DNA of 64,000 nt, from positions 588,502 to 652,501 of the forward strand of contig JAURXZ010000030.1 of NCBI GenBank assembly GCA_030654175.1, in the 5' to 3' direction. This stretch comes from Bacteroidia bacterium. GTDB taxonomy: Bacteria; Bacteroidota; Bacteroidia; 2-12-FULL-35-15. The translations under genes were made by a program, and so were the position numbers. Shown here piece by piece: positions 38,315 to 47,769 of the stretch. Position 1 is the stretch's first letter; each line of letters begins with the position of its first letter. The notes below the pieces were generated by a model. The model was not told where the DNA came from. It was given only the letters and a program-made list of their open reading frames with translations, and searched no databases.

Positions 38315-41300
38315 CTACCTCACCAATGTAACAATTCCTTTGTACTCGTGTTTTTTCTTATTAAAATCGGTAACCTTAAATGAATAAATATAAACTTCGC
38401 CCTGTGAAATTTCAGTCCCATGATTTGCTCTTCCATCCCAGGGTTTATTCATATCATCGGAAAAGAAAATCAAATTTCCCCAACGGTCAAATATCGTCAT
38501 TTCATATTTAGTAATAACAAGGCCCCGGCCACTGAACGTATCGTTTATTCCATCATCATTGGGTGAAAACGCATTAGGGATATAAAATAAAAAGTCCGGT
38601 TCAATAATTATTGTTTGATAGGCCGTGTCCAAACAACTGAACTGATTGCTTGTAATCAACATGATGGTGTATATCCCTGTATCCGCATAGGTATGCGGTA
38701 AAGGATCAAAAGATGATACTGTATCTGTGCCATCGCCAAAATTCCAGATCCAGAAATTGGCACCAGCTGATGCGTCTATGATCGAGATAACGGGGTTTGT
38801 AATTACTGCCGTTTGTGGATCAACCGTAAAACCCGCATTGGGATCGGGATATACGGTGATGTAATTGTTTTTAGATAAGGAACTGATACAACCACTGTCT
38901 GAGGTAACAGTTAATGTAACACTGAAAAATTCAGGTAAAAAAACAGAGTTGTTGATATAACAATGATTCGGATCGCTTGAAGGGCTTCCTTCACCAAAGT
39001 CCCATGCCCATTGTACATTGGTGCCCGTAGCAACAGAAGATAAATTTTGAAAACCAACACACAAGGGTTCGCAACCCGATGTATCATCCACTGAAAATAA
39101 TACATCAGGGTTTGGATTAACAATACTAATTTTAGTAATAGAATCCACACAACCGAAATTGGAAACGACCAGTAATTGAACCGAATAGGAACCTTTTGCA
39201 GGATATAAATGTGATATATTTTGATTGGTATTAACAGCACTACCATCACCAAAATTCCAGATCCAGAATTGCAAATTATCGGTATTCGGTATAGTTGACA
39301 AATCATTAAATGGAACTGCGTTTCCATCACAAACATTTGTTGTGCTGAATGCTGCATCAGGCAAGGGATGCACTATAACCGTTTTTGTTACTGTGTCTTT
39401 ACAACTATTGTTGGTTGAAACAATTAAAGAAACTGTATAGCTTCCAGCGCTTGCGTAAGTATGACTAGTAATTGGTGTTGTGCTCAAAGGTGCTCCATCA
39501 CCGAAATCCCAGGATACACTGGCAATAGTACCAATGGAAACAATTGAGGAATCAATAAAATTCATTGCCTGATTTAAACATACATCCACAAAACCGAAAT
39601 TTGCAATGGGCATAGGAAACACTGTAATTGAATCTTTCAAGGTATCTGCACAACCAAGATTAGAGGAGTGGGTGATCAGGGTAAACTCATAATTTCCTGC
39701 AGCCGCATACAAATGACTTGGGCTCCACACAGTAGTATTTAAAGGGGAACCATCTCCAAAACTCCACGACCAACTTGCTACGCTGCCCACAGAAGGGTTA
39801 AGTGTTGTGTTTGTAAATGCCGCTGAATCAAATAAACAGGTATTATTAAACAGGAATGCAGAGGCTGGTGCATCAAAAACCTTTACGCTTAAGTTTGCTA
39901 CAGCCGAACATCCATTGGCTGTGGTACTTACTAAAGTTACATTATAGGTGCCCGGTAATGAATAATAGTGTGAAGGGTCTTCAACATTACTTGTTGCACC
40001 ACCATCGCCAAACACCCATAAATAACTGGTAATTGAAGTAGAATTGTCAACAGAAGAGGTATTATTAAAATACATCGTATCTCTAAAACATACATCGTTA
40101 AAGGTAAAACCGGCAGTAGGGTTGAAATAAACCTGGACAGATTTTGTGATCGTATCAGCACAACCAAAATTATTATTTACAATTAAAGTAACGCTATAGC
40201 TGCCTGCATTGGCATAAATATGGGAAGGGCTTTCGGTATTATTCACCGGGCTTCCATCTCCAAAATCCCATAACCACGAACTGATACTTCCCAAAGCAGT
40301 AGTGGAGCTGTTTGTGAATTGTGTGGCATTGGTGTTACAAACTGAAGTATTGCTGAATCCTGCCAGGGGTTTGGGATCAACAACGATCTTAACAGTATCA
40401 CTAGCCCTGCATCCGTTTGGATAAGTGAGCGTAACAGAATATGTTGCTGTAGCCGCAGGACCTGCTGCCGGATTATAAATAGCAGGATTGCTTAAACCGG
40501 AAGCAGGTGTCCAATTATACGTATATCCGGGTCCGTTAGGAGAAACGTCCAGTAAAGTACTTGAACCAAAACATATTGAGTCGCTTTGTGCGGATACCGT
40601 AATCGAATAGTTATTAGGATCAAAAAGAAAAGGGGTACCTATAATAGTTAATCCACTTAACGTATCTCCCGGCAAGCCATCCTGTGAACCTCCCCCGTGG
40701 ACACCTCTAAGGCCTTTACTCACATTAAAAGACACGTTAACAGGCAATGTAGTTTTACTCCAAACACATCCCCCTCCACCACCTCCGGAAGCTCCTTGTA
40801 AATAACAGGTAGGAAAAGCACCATCGCCACCTTTCGCATTCACATTTAAAACTCCGGTAAAATTATCAACATCAAGTAAAACAGTTCCTCCTCCACCTCC
40901 CCCACCTGTACCATCACATCCCCCTGTTAAAACATCAAAAGTACTTGCATCAATTGTATACCCATTCCCAATTAATGAATTTGCTCTTATAATCACAATA
41001 CCTCCACCGTTGGTACCAGGTGTTGCCTGAAGATTGTTTTGTTGACCACCACCACCACCGCCACCTAAAAAAACTTTGTTCAGTATATTGGTATATGACA
41101 ATTGTTGCCCACCTCTACCACCTATATCCATTACAGGACAGCCCTCCCAGGAATAACCTCCGTTTCCGCCAGCGCCAAAATTCCCACCTCCGCCACCTCC
41201 GGCATTAACATTGTTGCCACCACCGCCACCATTTGCCCGCTTCCCCATTCCATTGAGTTTTGATGCACTAAGGATAGAAATACCTTCTCCTTTTTCAGCA

Positions 41301-41932
41301 CCAAAATAGGAGGTGGAAGGATAAAAATAATCGAAACTACCCGGACAATTATAACCGGTAGGAGAAACGTTTCCTAAAGCAAACCCTTTGCCCTTGGCAT
41401 CAATGTTATTATTAAAGGTTATTATTCCGCTGCATTCTATTGCAATAACACCTCCAACACTACCATTCCAAACAGGACAAGTTATGGGGGAGGTTACAGT
41501 TGCATGCACAAATTTTGGCACCCGGATAAGTTGAACTGCACTTGCAACATCGTAAAGCCGTTGTAAGGTATCCGTTAAATAAATCGTATTTCCTGTGATA
41601 CCTGATATATGAGAAAACTCGTAATTACCACAATTATTCAGATTCAAAACATCTCCAAAACTAGCGGTATTACTCGTATCTACAATTGCCCCTTTCATCT
41701 GAATAATCAGCACCCTATTGCCAATAGCAAAAGCAGAAGGATCTGTAACTTCTATACTGCAACTTGAAATTAAGGTTACCGGTGTATATGAATTAACTGT
41801 TCCCGATAAACTATTGATGGTTTGTGAAAAAACGGGAGATAGGCCGCATAAAAAAAGCAGAACCCTGAAACAATTTTTTTTTTGCAAAAGGAACCAAAAA
41901 ATATTTCGAAAAATTATTTTTAAAACTGACAT
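38315..41932 (-). CDS. Giant cell-surface protein: beta-helix/glycine-rich N-terminal region, about 8 PKD-like repeats, T9SS type B C-terminal sorting domain (gliding-motility-associated C-terminal domain)
   Basis: Signal peptide. Poly-Gly tracts. Repeated W.W.FGDGS...H.Y...G.Y.V.L modules. C-terminus IIIEPDFLFYIPNAFSPNDDGINDTF...IFDRWGNLIFFSDD...ITLVR matches the type B sorting domain. Confidence 0.85.
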   Translation of the reverse strand: MSVLKIIFRNIFWFLLQKKNCFRVLLFLCGLSPVFSQTINSLSGTVNSYTPVTLISSCSIEVTDPSAFAIGNRVLIIQMKGAIVDTSNTASFGDVLNLNNCGNYEFSHISGITGNTIYLTDTLQRLYDVASAVQLIRVPKFVHATVTSPITCPVWNGSVGGVIAIECSGIITFNNNIDAKGKGFALGNVSPTGYNCPGSFDYFYPSTSYFGAEKGEGISILSASKLNGMGKRANGGGGGNNVNAGGGGGGNFGAGGNGGYSWEGCPVMDIGGRGGQQLSYTNILNKVFLGGGGGGGQQNNLQATPGTNGGGIVIIRANSLIGNGYTIDASTFDVLTGGCDGTGGGGGGGTVLLDVDNFTGVLNVNAKGGDGAFPTCYLQGASGGGGGGCVWSKTTLPVNVSFNVSKGLRGVHGGGSQDGLPGDTLSGLTIIGTPFLFDPNNYSITVSAQSDSICFGSSTLLDVSPNGPGYTYNWTPASGLSNPAIYNPAAGPAATATYSVTLTYPNGCRASDTVKIVVDPKPLAGFSNTSVCNTNATQFTNSSTTALGSISSWLWDFGDGSPVNNTESPSHIYANAGSYSVTLIVNNNFGCADTITKSVQVYFNPTAGFTFNDVCFRDTMYFNNTSSVDNSTSITSYLWVFGDGGATSNVEDPSHYYSLPGTYNVTLVSTTANGCSAVANLSVKVFDAPASAFLFNNTCLFDSAAFTNTTLNPSVGSVASWSWSFGDGSPLNTTVWSPSHLYAAAGNYEFTLITHSSNLGCADTLKDSITVFPMPIANFGFVDVCLNQAMNFIDSSIVSIGTIASVSWDFGDGAPLSTTPITSHTYASAGSYTVSLIVSTNNSCKDTVTKTVIVHPLPDAAFSTTNVCDGNAVPFNDLSTIPNTDNLQFWIWNFGDGSAVNTNQNISHLYPAKGSYSVQLLVVSNFGCVDSITKISIVNPNPDVLFSVDDTSGCEPLCVGFQNLSSVATGTNVQWAWDFGEGSPSSDPNHCYINNSVFLPEFFSVTLTVTSDSGCISSLSKNNYITVYPDPNAGFTVDPQTAVITNPVISIIDASAGANFWIWNFGDGTDTVSSFDPLPHTYADTGIYTIMLITSNQFSCLDTAYQTIIIEPDFLFYIPNAFSPNDDGINDTFSGRGLVITKYEMTIFDRWGNLIFFSDDMNKPWDGRANHGTEISQGEVYIYSFKVTDFNKKKHEYKGIVTLVR

Positions 41933-41959
41933 TTTTCTATTTGTTGGTTACAGACAAAT

Positions 41960-42073
41960 GGTTACTGATAAACGGTTACTAATAACGAATGATTACGAAT
42001 TTGCGAAACTATGTTTGCTATTTTTTTTTACACACTGTTTCGTAAATTCGTTTTTTATTCGTTATTAGTAACC
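41960..42073. promoter_or_regulatory. Composite repeat upstream of the adhesin gene: a perfect 17-bp inverted repeat GGTTACTAATAACGAAT/ATTCGTTATTAGTAACC, a nested inverted repeat ACGAATTTGCGAAAC/GTTTCGTAAATTCGT, and a third direct half-site GGTTACTGATAAACG
   Basis: Arms at 41974-41990 and 42057-42073; inner arms at 41994-42008 and 42037-42051; direct copy at 41960-41973. The structure lies 28-140 bp upstream of the 41932 start, between the protease gene end and the adhesin gene start. Confidence 0.55.
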
Positions 42074-42087
42074 GAAAAATTCGCACC

Positions 42088-44727
42088 CTAATAAACAATA
42101 ACTTTTTTAACTGTTTCGTTATTCGGATTACTAATACTTATCAGGTAAACCCCTTTTCCATATTTTGTAAGATCCATTTGTTTCGTATAAGTTCCGTTAA
42201 AGTCTGTTAAGGTTTCCTCATAAACCAAAGCTCCTAAAGCATTCAACAATGTAAGTTTATATGTTGATCTTATTATCACATTAAATGAAATACTAAAATT
42301 CCCATCATTCGGATTTGGATAAACAGTAAAAAAATCGTTATTGACTATTGCATCAATTCCGGTATTATTAACATTAATTGTATTTGAAGAACAAGTGCTT
42401 CCGCCTGCAATAACAGTGAAATCACCGTTTTGTGTTGGAGTATGCGTTTGACTTGTTGCACCTATAACCGGTTGTCCGTTCCAGTACCACTGGTAAGAAG
42501 AGGCTGTGCTGGACGACAAAACGCCACCGCTCTGAGTAATCACAGGTGTTGGGCTTACAGTAATTGTATAGCTAGAAGGAATTCCTGTGCAACTGCCATT
42601 AATGGAAGGAGTTACCGTTACTGTTGCCACGATAGCGGTATTTGTTGAGTTAACAGCAGTAAAAGCGGGAACATTTCCTGCTCCGCTTGCAGCTAAACCA
42701 ATCGCTGTATTGGAGTTTGTCCATGCATAGATAGCTCCCGAAGGTGTGCTGGAAAAACTACTTGCACCTATATCACCTCCACATACATTTTTGTTGGAAA
42801 TAAAATTTATTTGCGGTGTTGAAGTAATTGTGATGGTTATTCCGCTACTTGCTATTGTTGCCGGATTTGCACAAGCTTCGTTTGATGTCATCACGCAGGT
42901 TACCACCTGTCCGTCAGTTAAAGAAGAGGTAATAAATCCGATACTATCAGTTCCAACATTTACTCCATTTACTTTCCATTGATAAACCGGTGTTGTTCCT
43001 CCATTGGTTGATGTAGCCGTGAATGTAAATGATTGGCCACCACATGCAGGATTGGTCCCTGAAGTTAAGGCTGTTGTGATGGTTGGTGCAATGGTACCAC
43101 TTGTTGATATTGTTGTTGAATTGGATGTAGCTGTTGTTGGGCTGGCACAGCTTAAGTTGGAAGTCATCACACATGTTACCACTTGCCCATTTGTTAATGA
43201 GGACGAGGTATAAGTTGCACTGTTTGTTCCAACATTTACTCCATCCAATTTCCATTGATATACCGGTGTGGTTCCACCACTGGTTGGTGTTGCTGTGAAT
43301 GTGATTGATGCACCTGCACAAGTTGGATTTGAACCTGAGGTAACAGCAGTTGATACAGCAGGCACAATTCCGGTTGTTAATGATATTACGATTGCATTTG
43401 AAGTATACGTCCCTCCTGAGGTCATGATACAGGTTACTGATTCGTTGGTTAATGTGCTTGTGGTATAAGTTACCCCTGTTTCTAGGCTAACCGGTGCGCC
43501 ATTCAAATACCATTGGTAAGTTGGGCTTGTTCCACCATTAACAGGTGTTGCCGTAAATGTGATCGATTGACCTGAGCAGGTTGGATTTGATCCACCAGTC
43601 ACCGCTATTGAAACAGATATTCCAGAACAACCACATGCCGCAAGATTACTTGTTGTTACCAATGAACTTCTAAGGGTGTTAAGCGTGGCAGTGGTTCGTG
43701 TTGATTGGCCGGCAGTAAACATATTGGTACAGGCATCAGAAGAATAATCCATATAATTATGCTGATAGTCGAGAGCTGTAGAACCGGATGAACAGCTATT
43801 TACAGTAGCATCCGGAAGGCAATTACTTTGAGAGCGCATGTGTGGAGGTATGTCGCAAACAAGGTCTCCTTCTGCAGCGCACTGCCCCGGTGTGTTTGGC
43901 GGACAAGTGGAACCAGAGCCATCTCCTTTGAAAGTATGAAACAGATCAAGCGCATGCCCCATCTCGTGAATCATGGTCATATTCAAATTTGTATATGGTT
44001 TTAAGTTATAACCAAGCGATCCACCCGGATCAAAACCAAAAGCATTGTATAGGATTATGGTTCCATCTTCAGTAAATGCACCTCCCGTAGGGTAATACGC
44101 ATACCCCTGTGTTCCGGAACCGGCACCGTTATTGTCAATTTCAGAAACCACCCAAATATTATAATATTTTTCATTGTCCCAAAAACTCAGGGCTTTTATT
44201 GCTGCTTCATTATTTGTAGTGCCATCCACACCAACATTTTCATAATTACCGGTACCTGTACCATTTATGCGATCAATCCCTGTTGTCGGATTTCCGGAAG
44301 GGTCTTTTTGAGCCAAACAAAATTCGATTCCGGTATCTACGCCATTGCCGTCAAACTGGCTGCCTGCAAGCTTTCTGTATGCATCAGTTAATGAGCTGAT
44401 AGCACTAAGTATTTGCGCATTAGAAATATTAGTTCCTGTTCCAACAGCTTCTCCTAAATGTATTACGTGTACTACACAGGGAATAGTAAAAGTGGCTGTA
44501 AGTGTCTGATTTCCGCCACCATTGTTTGCAATGGATTTTTGCAATAAAATTTCGTTGGTTTTGCTTCGGTGTGCATATTCCGGATTGGTAGCCATTAGCT
44601 TATCATGTATAATATCCGACAAACATGGCTCTGCCATTTTTTGAGCTTTTAATCCTCCACAGAAGGTAGAAAGCAGCAATGCCGCCAATAATAAATTTTG
44701 CATGTTTTTAAGGTATTGCTTTTCCAT
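42088..44727 (-). CDS. Secreted zinc metalloprotease (metzincin, M43 pappalysin/cytophagalysin-like) with tandem Ig-like repeats and a T9SS type A C-terminal sorting domain
   Basis: HEMGHALDLFHTF (HExxHxxxxxH). Three near-identical about 90-aa repeats (SITFTATP..GGTTPVYQW...VVTCVMTSN). C-terminus FTVYPNPNDGNFSISF...KGVYLISI...KKVIVY matches Por_Secre_tail. Confidence 0.8.
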   Translation of the reverse strand: MEKQYLKNMQNLLLAALLLSTFCGGLKAQKMAEPCLSDIIHDKLMATNPEYAHRSKTNEILLQKSIANNGGGNQTLTATFTIPCVVHVIHLGEAVGTGTNISNAQILSAISSLTDAYRKLAGSQFDGNGVDTGIEFCLAQKDPSGNPTTGIDRINGTGTGNYENVGVDGTTNNEAAIKALSFWDNEKYYNIWVVSEIDNNGAGSGTQGYAYYPTGGAFTEDGTIILYNAFGFDPGGSLGYNLKPYTNLNMTMIHEMGHALDLFHTFKGDGSGSTCPPNTPGQCAAEGDLVCDIPPHMRSQSNCLPDATVNSCSSGSTALDYQHNYMDYSSDACTNMFTAGQSTRTTATLNTLRSSLVTTSNLAACGCSGISVSIAVTGGSNPTCSGQSITFTATPVNGGTSPTYQWYLNGAPVSLETGVTYTTSTLTNESVTCIMTSGGTYTSNAIVISLTTGIVPAVSTAVTSGSNPTCAGASITFTATPTSGGTTPVYQWKLDGVNVGTNSATYTSSSLTNGQVVTCVMTSNLSCASPTTATSNSTTISTSGTIAPTITTALTSGTNPACGGQSFTFTATSTNGGTTPVYQWKVNGVNVGTDSIGFITSSLTDGQVVTCVMTSNEACANPATIASSGITITITSTPQINFISNKNVCGGDIGASSFSSTPSGAIYAWTNSNTAIGLAASGAGNVPAFTAVNSTNTAIVATVTVTPSINGSCTGIPSSYTITVSPTPVITQSGGVLSSSTASSYQWYWNGQPVIGATSQTHTPTQNGDFTVIAGGSTCSSNTINVNNTGIDAIVNNDFFTVYPNPNDGNFSISFNVIIRSTYKLTLLNALGALVYEETLTDFNGTYTKQMDLTKYGKGVYLISISNPNNETVKKVIVY

Positions 44728-44824
44728 ATTTTTTTGAAATTAATGCTTTGTCTTCTCTTGGATTGTAACTGTTTTTATATCAAATTAATTTTTTAATATT
44801 CCTTATTAACATAGCATACGTTTT

Positions 44825-47755
44825 TTACCTCACCAATGTTACAATCCCACTGTAATTGTGTTTTCTCTTATTAAAATCAACAATTTTAACAACATAAACA
44901 TAAACATCGGCCTGTGCGAGATCCGCACCCTGGTTTGCCTTTCCATTCCATGGGGTGTTAATGTCATCTGAAAAGAAGATCAAATTCCCCCAACGGTCAA
45001 ATATTGACATTTCATAGTTTAAAATAAAAATCCCTTTTCCTGTAAAACTATCATTTGTTCCGTCCCCATCGGGTGTAAAAGCATTTGGAATATAAAATAT
45101 AAAATCGGGTTCAATAATAACAGTCTGATAGGCTGTGTCAACACAATTATATTGAGTAGAAGTGATCAGTGTAATTATGTACGTGCCGGAATCTGCATAA
45201 ACATGGGTAGGGTTTAAGAACGAAGAAGAATCAATACTTGTATCTCCAAAATCCCATGTCCAATAATTAGCCCCTGTTGATAAATTTGTAATTGAAATTA
45301 ACGGATTTGTAATTGATGCTATTTCCGGCTGTACTGTAAAACCCGCATTAGGATTGGGGTAAACGGTGATATAATTATTTTTAGATAATATACTTGTGCA
45401 TCCGCTATCGGAAGTGACGGTTAAAGAAACATTGAAATAATTTACCGAGTATATGGAATCATTGGTGTAACAATTACTTGGAGTTTGCGAATTGCTTATC
45501 GGGCCGTTATTACCAAAGGTCCACAGCCACTGCGTATTTGAACCTGTGAGAATAGAAGATACGCTTTGAAAATTTACACACAAAGGTTCACATCCTATTG
45601 TATCATCTGCAGTAAAATTAACTATTGGATTAGGGTTAACGATGCTTAAATTAATGACAGAATCCTTGCAACCAAAAGTGGAAATAACCAATAACTGAAC
45701 AACAGAAAAACCGGCCCCGGAATAAAAGTGAGAACTATTCTGACTGTTGCTTAGCGGGCTGCCATCACCAAAATCCCATGTCCAGGATTGTATGGTATCA
45801 GTTGCTGGGATAGTTGACAGATCATAGAATTGAGCACTGCTTCCATTACAAACAGATGAGGTACTAAATTGTGCATCAGGAAGAGGATGCACTTTTACGC
45901 TTTTTGTTATTGTATCATTACAATTATTGTTATTTGTGACCACTAAAGTAACGCTATAGGTTCCCGGGACCGAATACGTATGGCTTGGATTCTGAATGGT
46001 GCTTAAGGGGCTGCCATCGCCAAAACTCCAGGATCTGCTTAAAATACTGCCACTGGAAACAGTTGATAGATCAGTGAAATTCATGGCCTGATTTAAACAA
46101 ACATTTATAAAATCAAAATCTGCAATGGCCGAAGGAAATACTGTAATACTATCTTGCAAGGTATCAGGGCAACCAAGATTGGATGAATAAGTAATCAGGC
46201 TAACCTGGTAAGTTCCCGAAACAGCGTATAAATGGCCGGGGCTCCATACCGAAGTATTAGGTGCAGAACCATCACCAAAATTCCATGACCAAGCGGCAAT
46301 ATTGCCCATAGTTGGGCTATTTGAGGTGTTTGTAAAATTCGCTGAATCCGACAAACAGGTATTGCTGAATGTGAATGCAGAGGTGGGCCTGTCAAAAACT
46401 TTTACCTGAGTATTGAATGCATTGGAACATCCATCAACAGTTGTTGTCACCAAAGTAACAGAGAACGTTCCTGAGCCCGAATAATAATGATCAGGATCTT
46501 GTAAACTACCTGTAGGTCCGCTATCACCAAACACCCATAAATAGGAAGCAATTGATGTGGAGTTATCAACAGAAGAGGTATTTATAAAATTCAACGTATC
46601 ACCCAGACAAATATCATTATGCGTAAAACCAACAGTTGGTTTAAAATAAACCTGAACAGATTTTGTAACCGTATCCATACAGCCATCACTGCTGTTTATC
46701 AATAATGAAACATTGTAAGTTCCAGGGTTAGCATAAGTGTGACTAGGGTTTTGAGTGGTATTGACAGGACTTCCATCCCCAAAATTCCAGGCCCAGCCAA
46801 TAATACTGCCGGAAGATGCCGTTGAATTATCTGTAAATACAGTAGCATTTCCAAGGCAAACGCTGGTTGATGAAAAATCAGGAACAATATCTACCAGGTT
46901 AAATGTGATGGTATCATATAATGACCCGCCAATTGTCAGGAAAGCTTGAATACTTATGGTTTGTGAAGTGGTGGCGCCTAAGGAATAAGATACATTTGCC
47001 TGCCATGTGGAGTCGGTAAGAATCGCAGCATGCATAGGAGAACCATTAAATGCACCTGTTAAAACAATAGAATCTGCCGGGCAGGCAGTAGTTCCCTGGA
47101 TATTCTGGCTGCAGGAAATATCTGCGCTCACCGTTGCATCCACTGTAGGTGAATTAGTTTCCAAAGGACCTAAATTATCCATACTAATGTTAACATAGCC
47201 ACTGCATGAAGAGATCCAGTAGGGGCGGAATGAAACAAAACACCAGTTAGAAGTCGGAGTCAATGTTACCGTATAAGTTTGCCAGGTGGTACTAGTGATC
47301 GGCCCTGACTGCCATAATACTTCACTTGCTGCGCATAATCCATTCGAACCTAATATTTCCAGGGAACTGTAGCAATCGCCCGGCCCGGCAGTATTGTAGA
47401 CATCGCTATGTGCCAGGTCAACAGAAAAAGAATAAACTTGTCCGGCAGTCATACACGAACTAAGCGCCTGGCTCGACCCTTCATAATATCCTCCGGCAGA
47501 TGACCCTGATTGCAAAAAACTCACATATGAGTTACCATGGGAGGCTGGTTGAGTAAATCCCCAGGAACCGGGCTGAGTATCGGGAGTTCCGCCACAATTC
47601 ACCCATGGGCCGGGCTGACAGCCGGCACAAGAAGGACCTTCAAATGATGGATTGATAAAAGAAAGAGGAGGAGAAGGAGTTGTCCCGCATTGCGCAAATA
47701 AGTAATTTGAAGACAAACAAAATATGACGAATATAAATACTACTGTTTTTTTCAT
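44825..47755 (-). CDS. Giant cell-surface protein: N-terminal Cys-rich lectin-like domain, about 8 PKD-like repeats, T9SS type B C-terminal sorting domain
   Basis: PKD modules colinear with the paralogs. C-terminus IIEPDFIFYIPNAFTPDGDGTNDSF...IFDRWGNLIFFSDD...VTLVR. Confidence 0.85.
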   Translation of the reverse strand: MKKTVVFIFVIFCLSSNYLFAQCGTTPSPPLSFINPSFEGPSCAGCQPGPWVNCGGTPDTQPGSWGFTQPASHGNSYVSFLQSGSSAGGYYEGSSQALSSCMTAGQVYSFSVDLAHSDVYNTAGPGDCYSSLEILGSNGLCAASEVLWQSGPITSTTWQTYTVTLTPTSNWCFVSFRPYWISSCSGYVNISMDNLGPLETNSPTVDATVSADISCSQNIQGTTACPADSIVLTGAFNGSPMHAAILTDSTWQANVSYSLGATTSQTISIQAFLTIGGSLYDTITFNLVDIVPDFSSTSVCLGNATVFTDNSTASSGSIIGWAWNFGDGSPVNTTQNPSHTYANPGTYNVSLLINSSDGCMDTVTKSVQVYFKPTVGFTHNDICLGDTLNFINTSSVDNSTSIASYLWVFGDSGPTGSLQDPDHYYSGSGTFSVTLVTTTVDGCSNAFNTQVKVFDRPTSAFTFSNTCLSDSANFTNTSNSPTMGNIAAWSWNFGDGSAPNTSVWSPGHLYAVSGTYQVSLITYSSNLGCPDTLQDSITVFPSAIADFDFINVCLNQAMNFTDLSTVSSGSILSRSWSFGDGSPLSTIQNPSHTYSVPGTYSVTLVVTNNNNCNDTITKSVKVHPLPDAQFSTSSVCNGSSAQFYDLSTIPATDTIQSWTWDFGDGSPLSNSQNSSHFYSGAGFSVVQLLVISTFGCKDSVINLSIVNPNPIVNFTADDTIGCEPLCVNFQSVSSILTGSNTQWLWTFGNNGPISNSQTPSNCYTNDSIYSVNYFNVSLTVTSDSGCTSILSKNNYITVYPNPNAGFTVQPEIASITNPLISITNLSTGANYWTWDFGDTSIDSSSFLNPTHVYADSGTYIITLITSTQYNCVDTAYQTVIIEPDFIFYIPNAFTPDGDGTNDSFTGKGIFILNYEMSIFDRWGNLIFFSDDINTPWNGKANQGADLAQADVYVYVVKIVDFNKRKHNYSGIVTLVR

Positions 47756-47769
47756 GAGAAGATGGCCTC

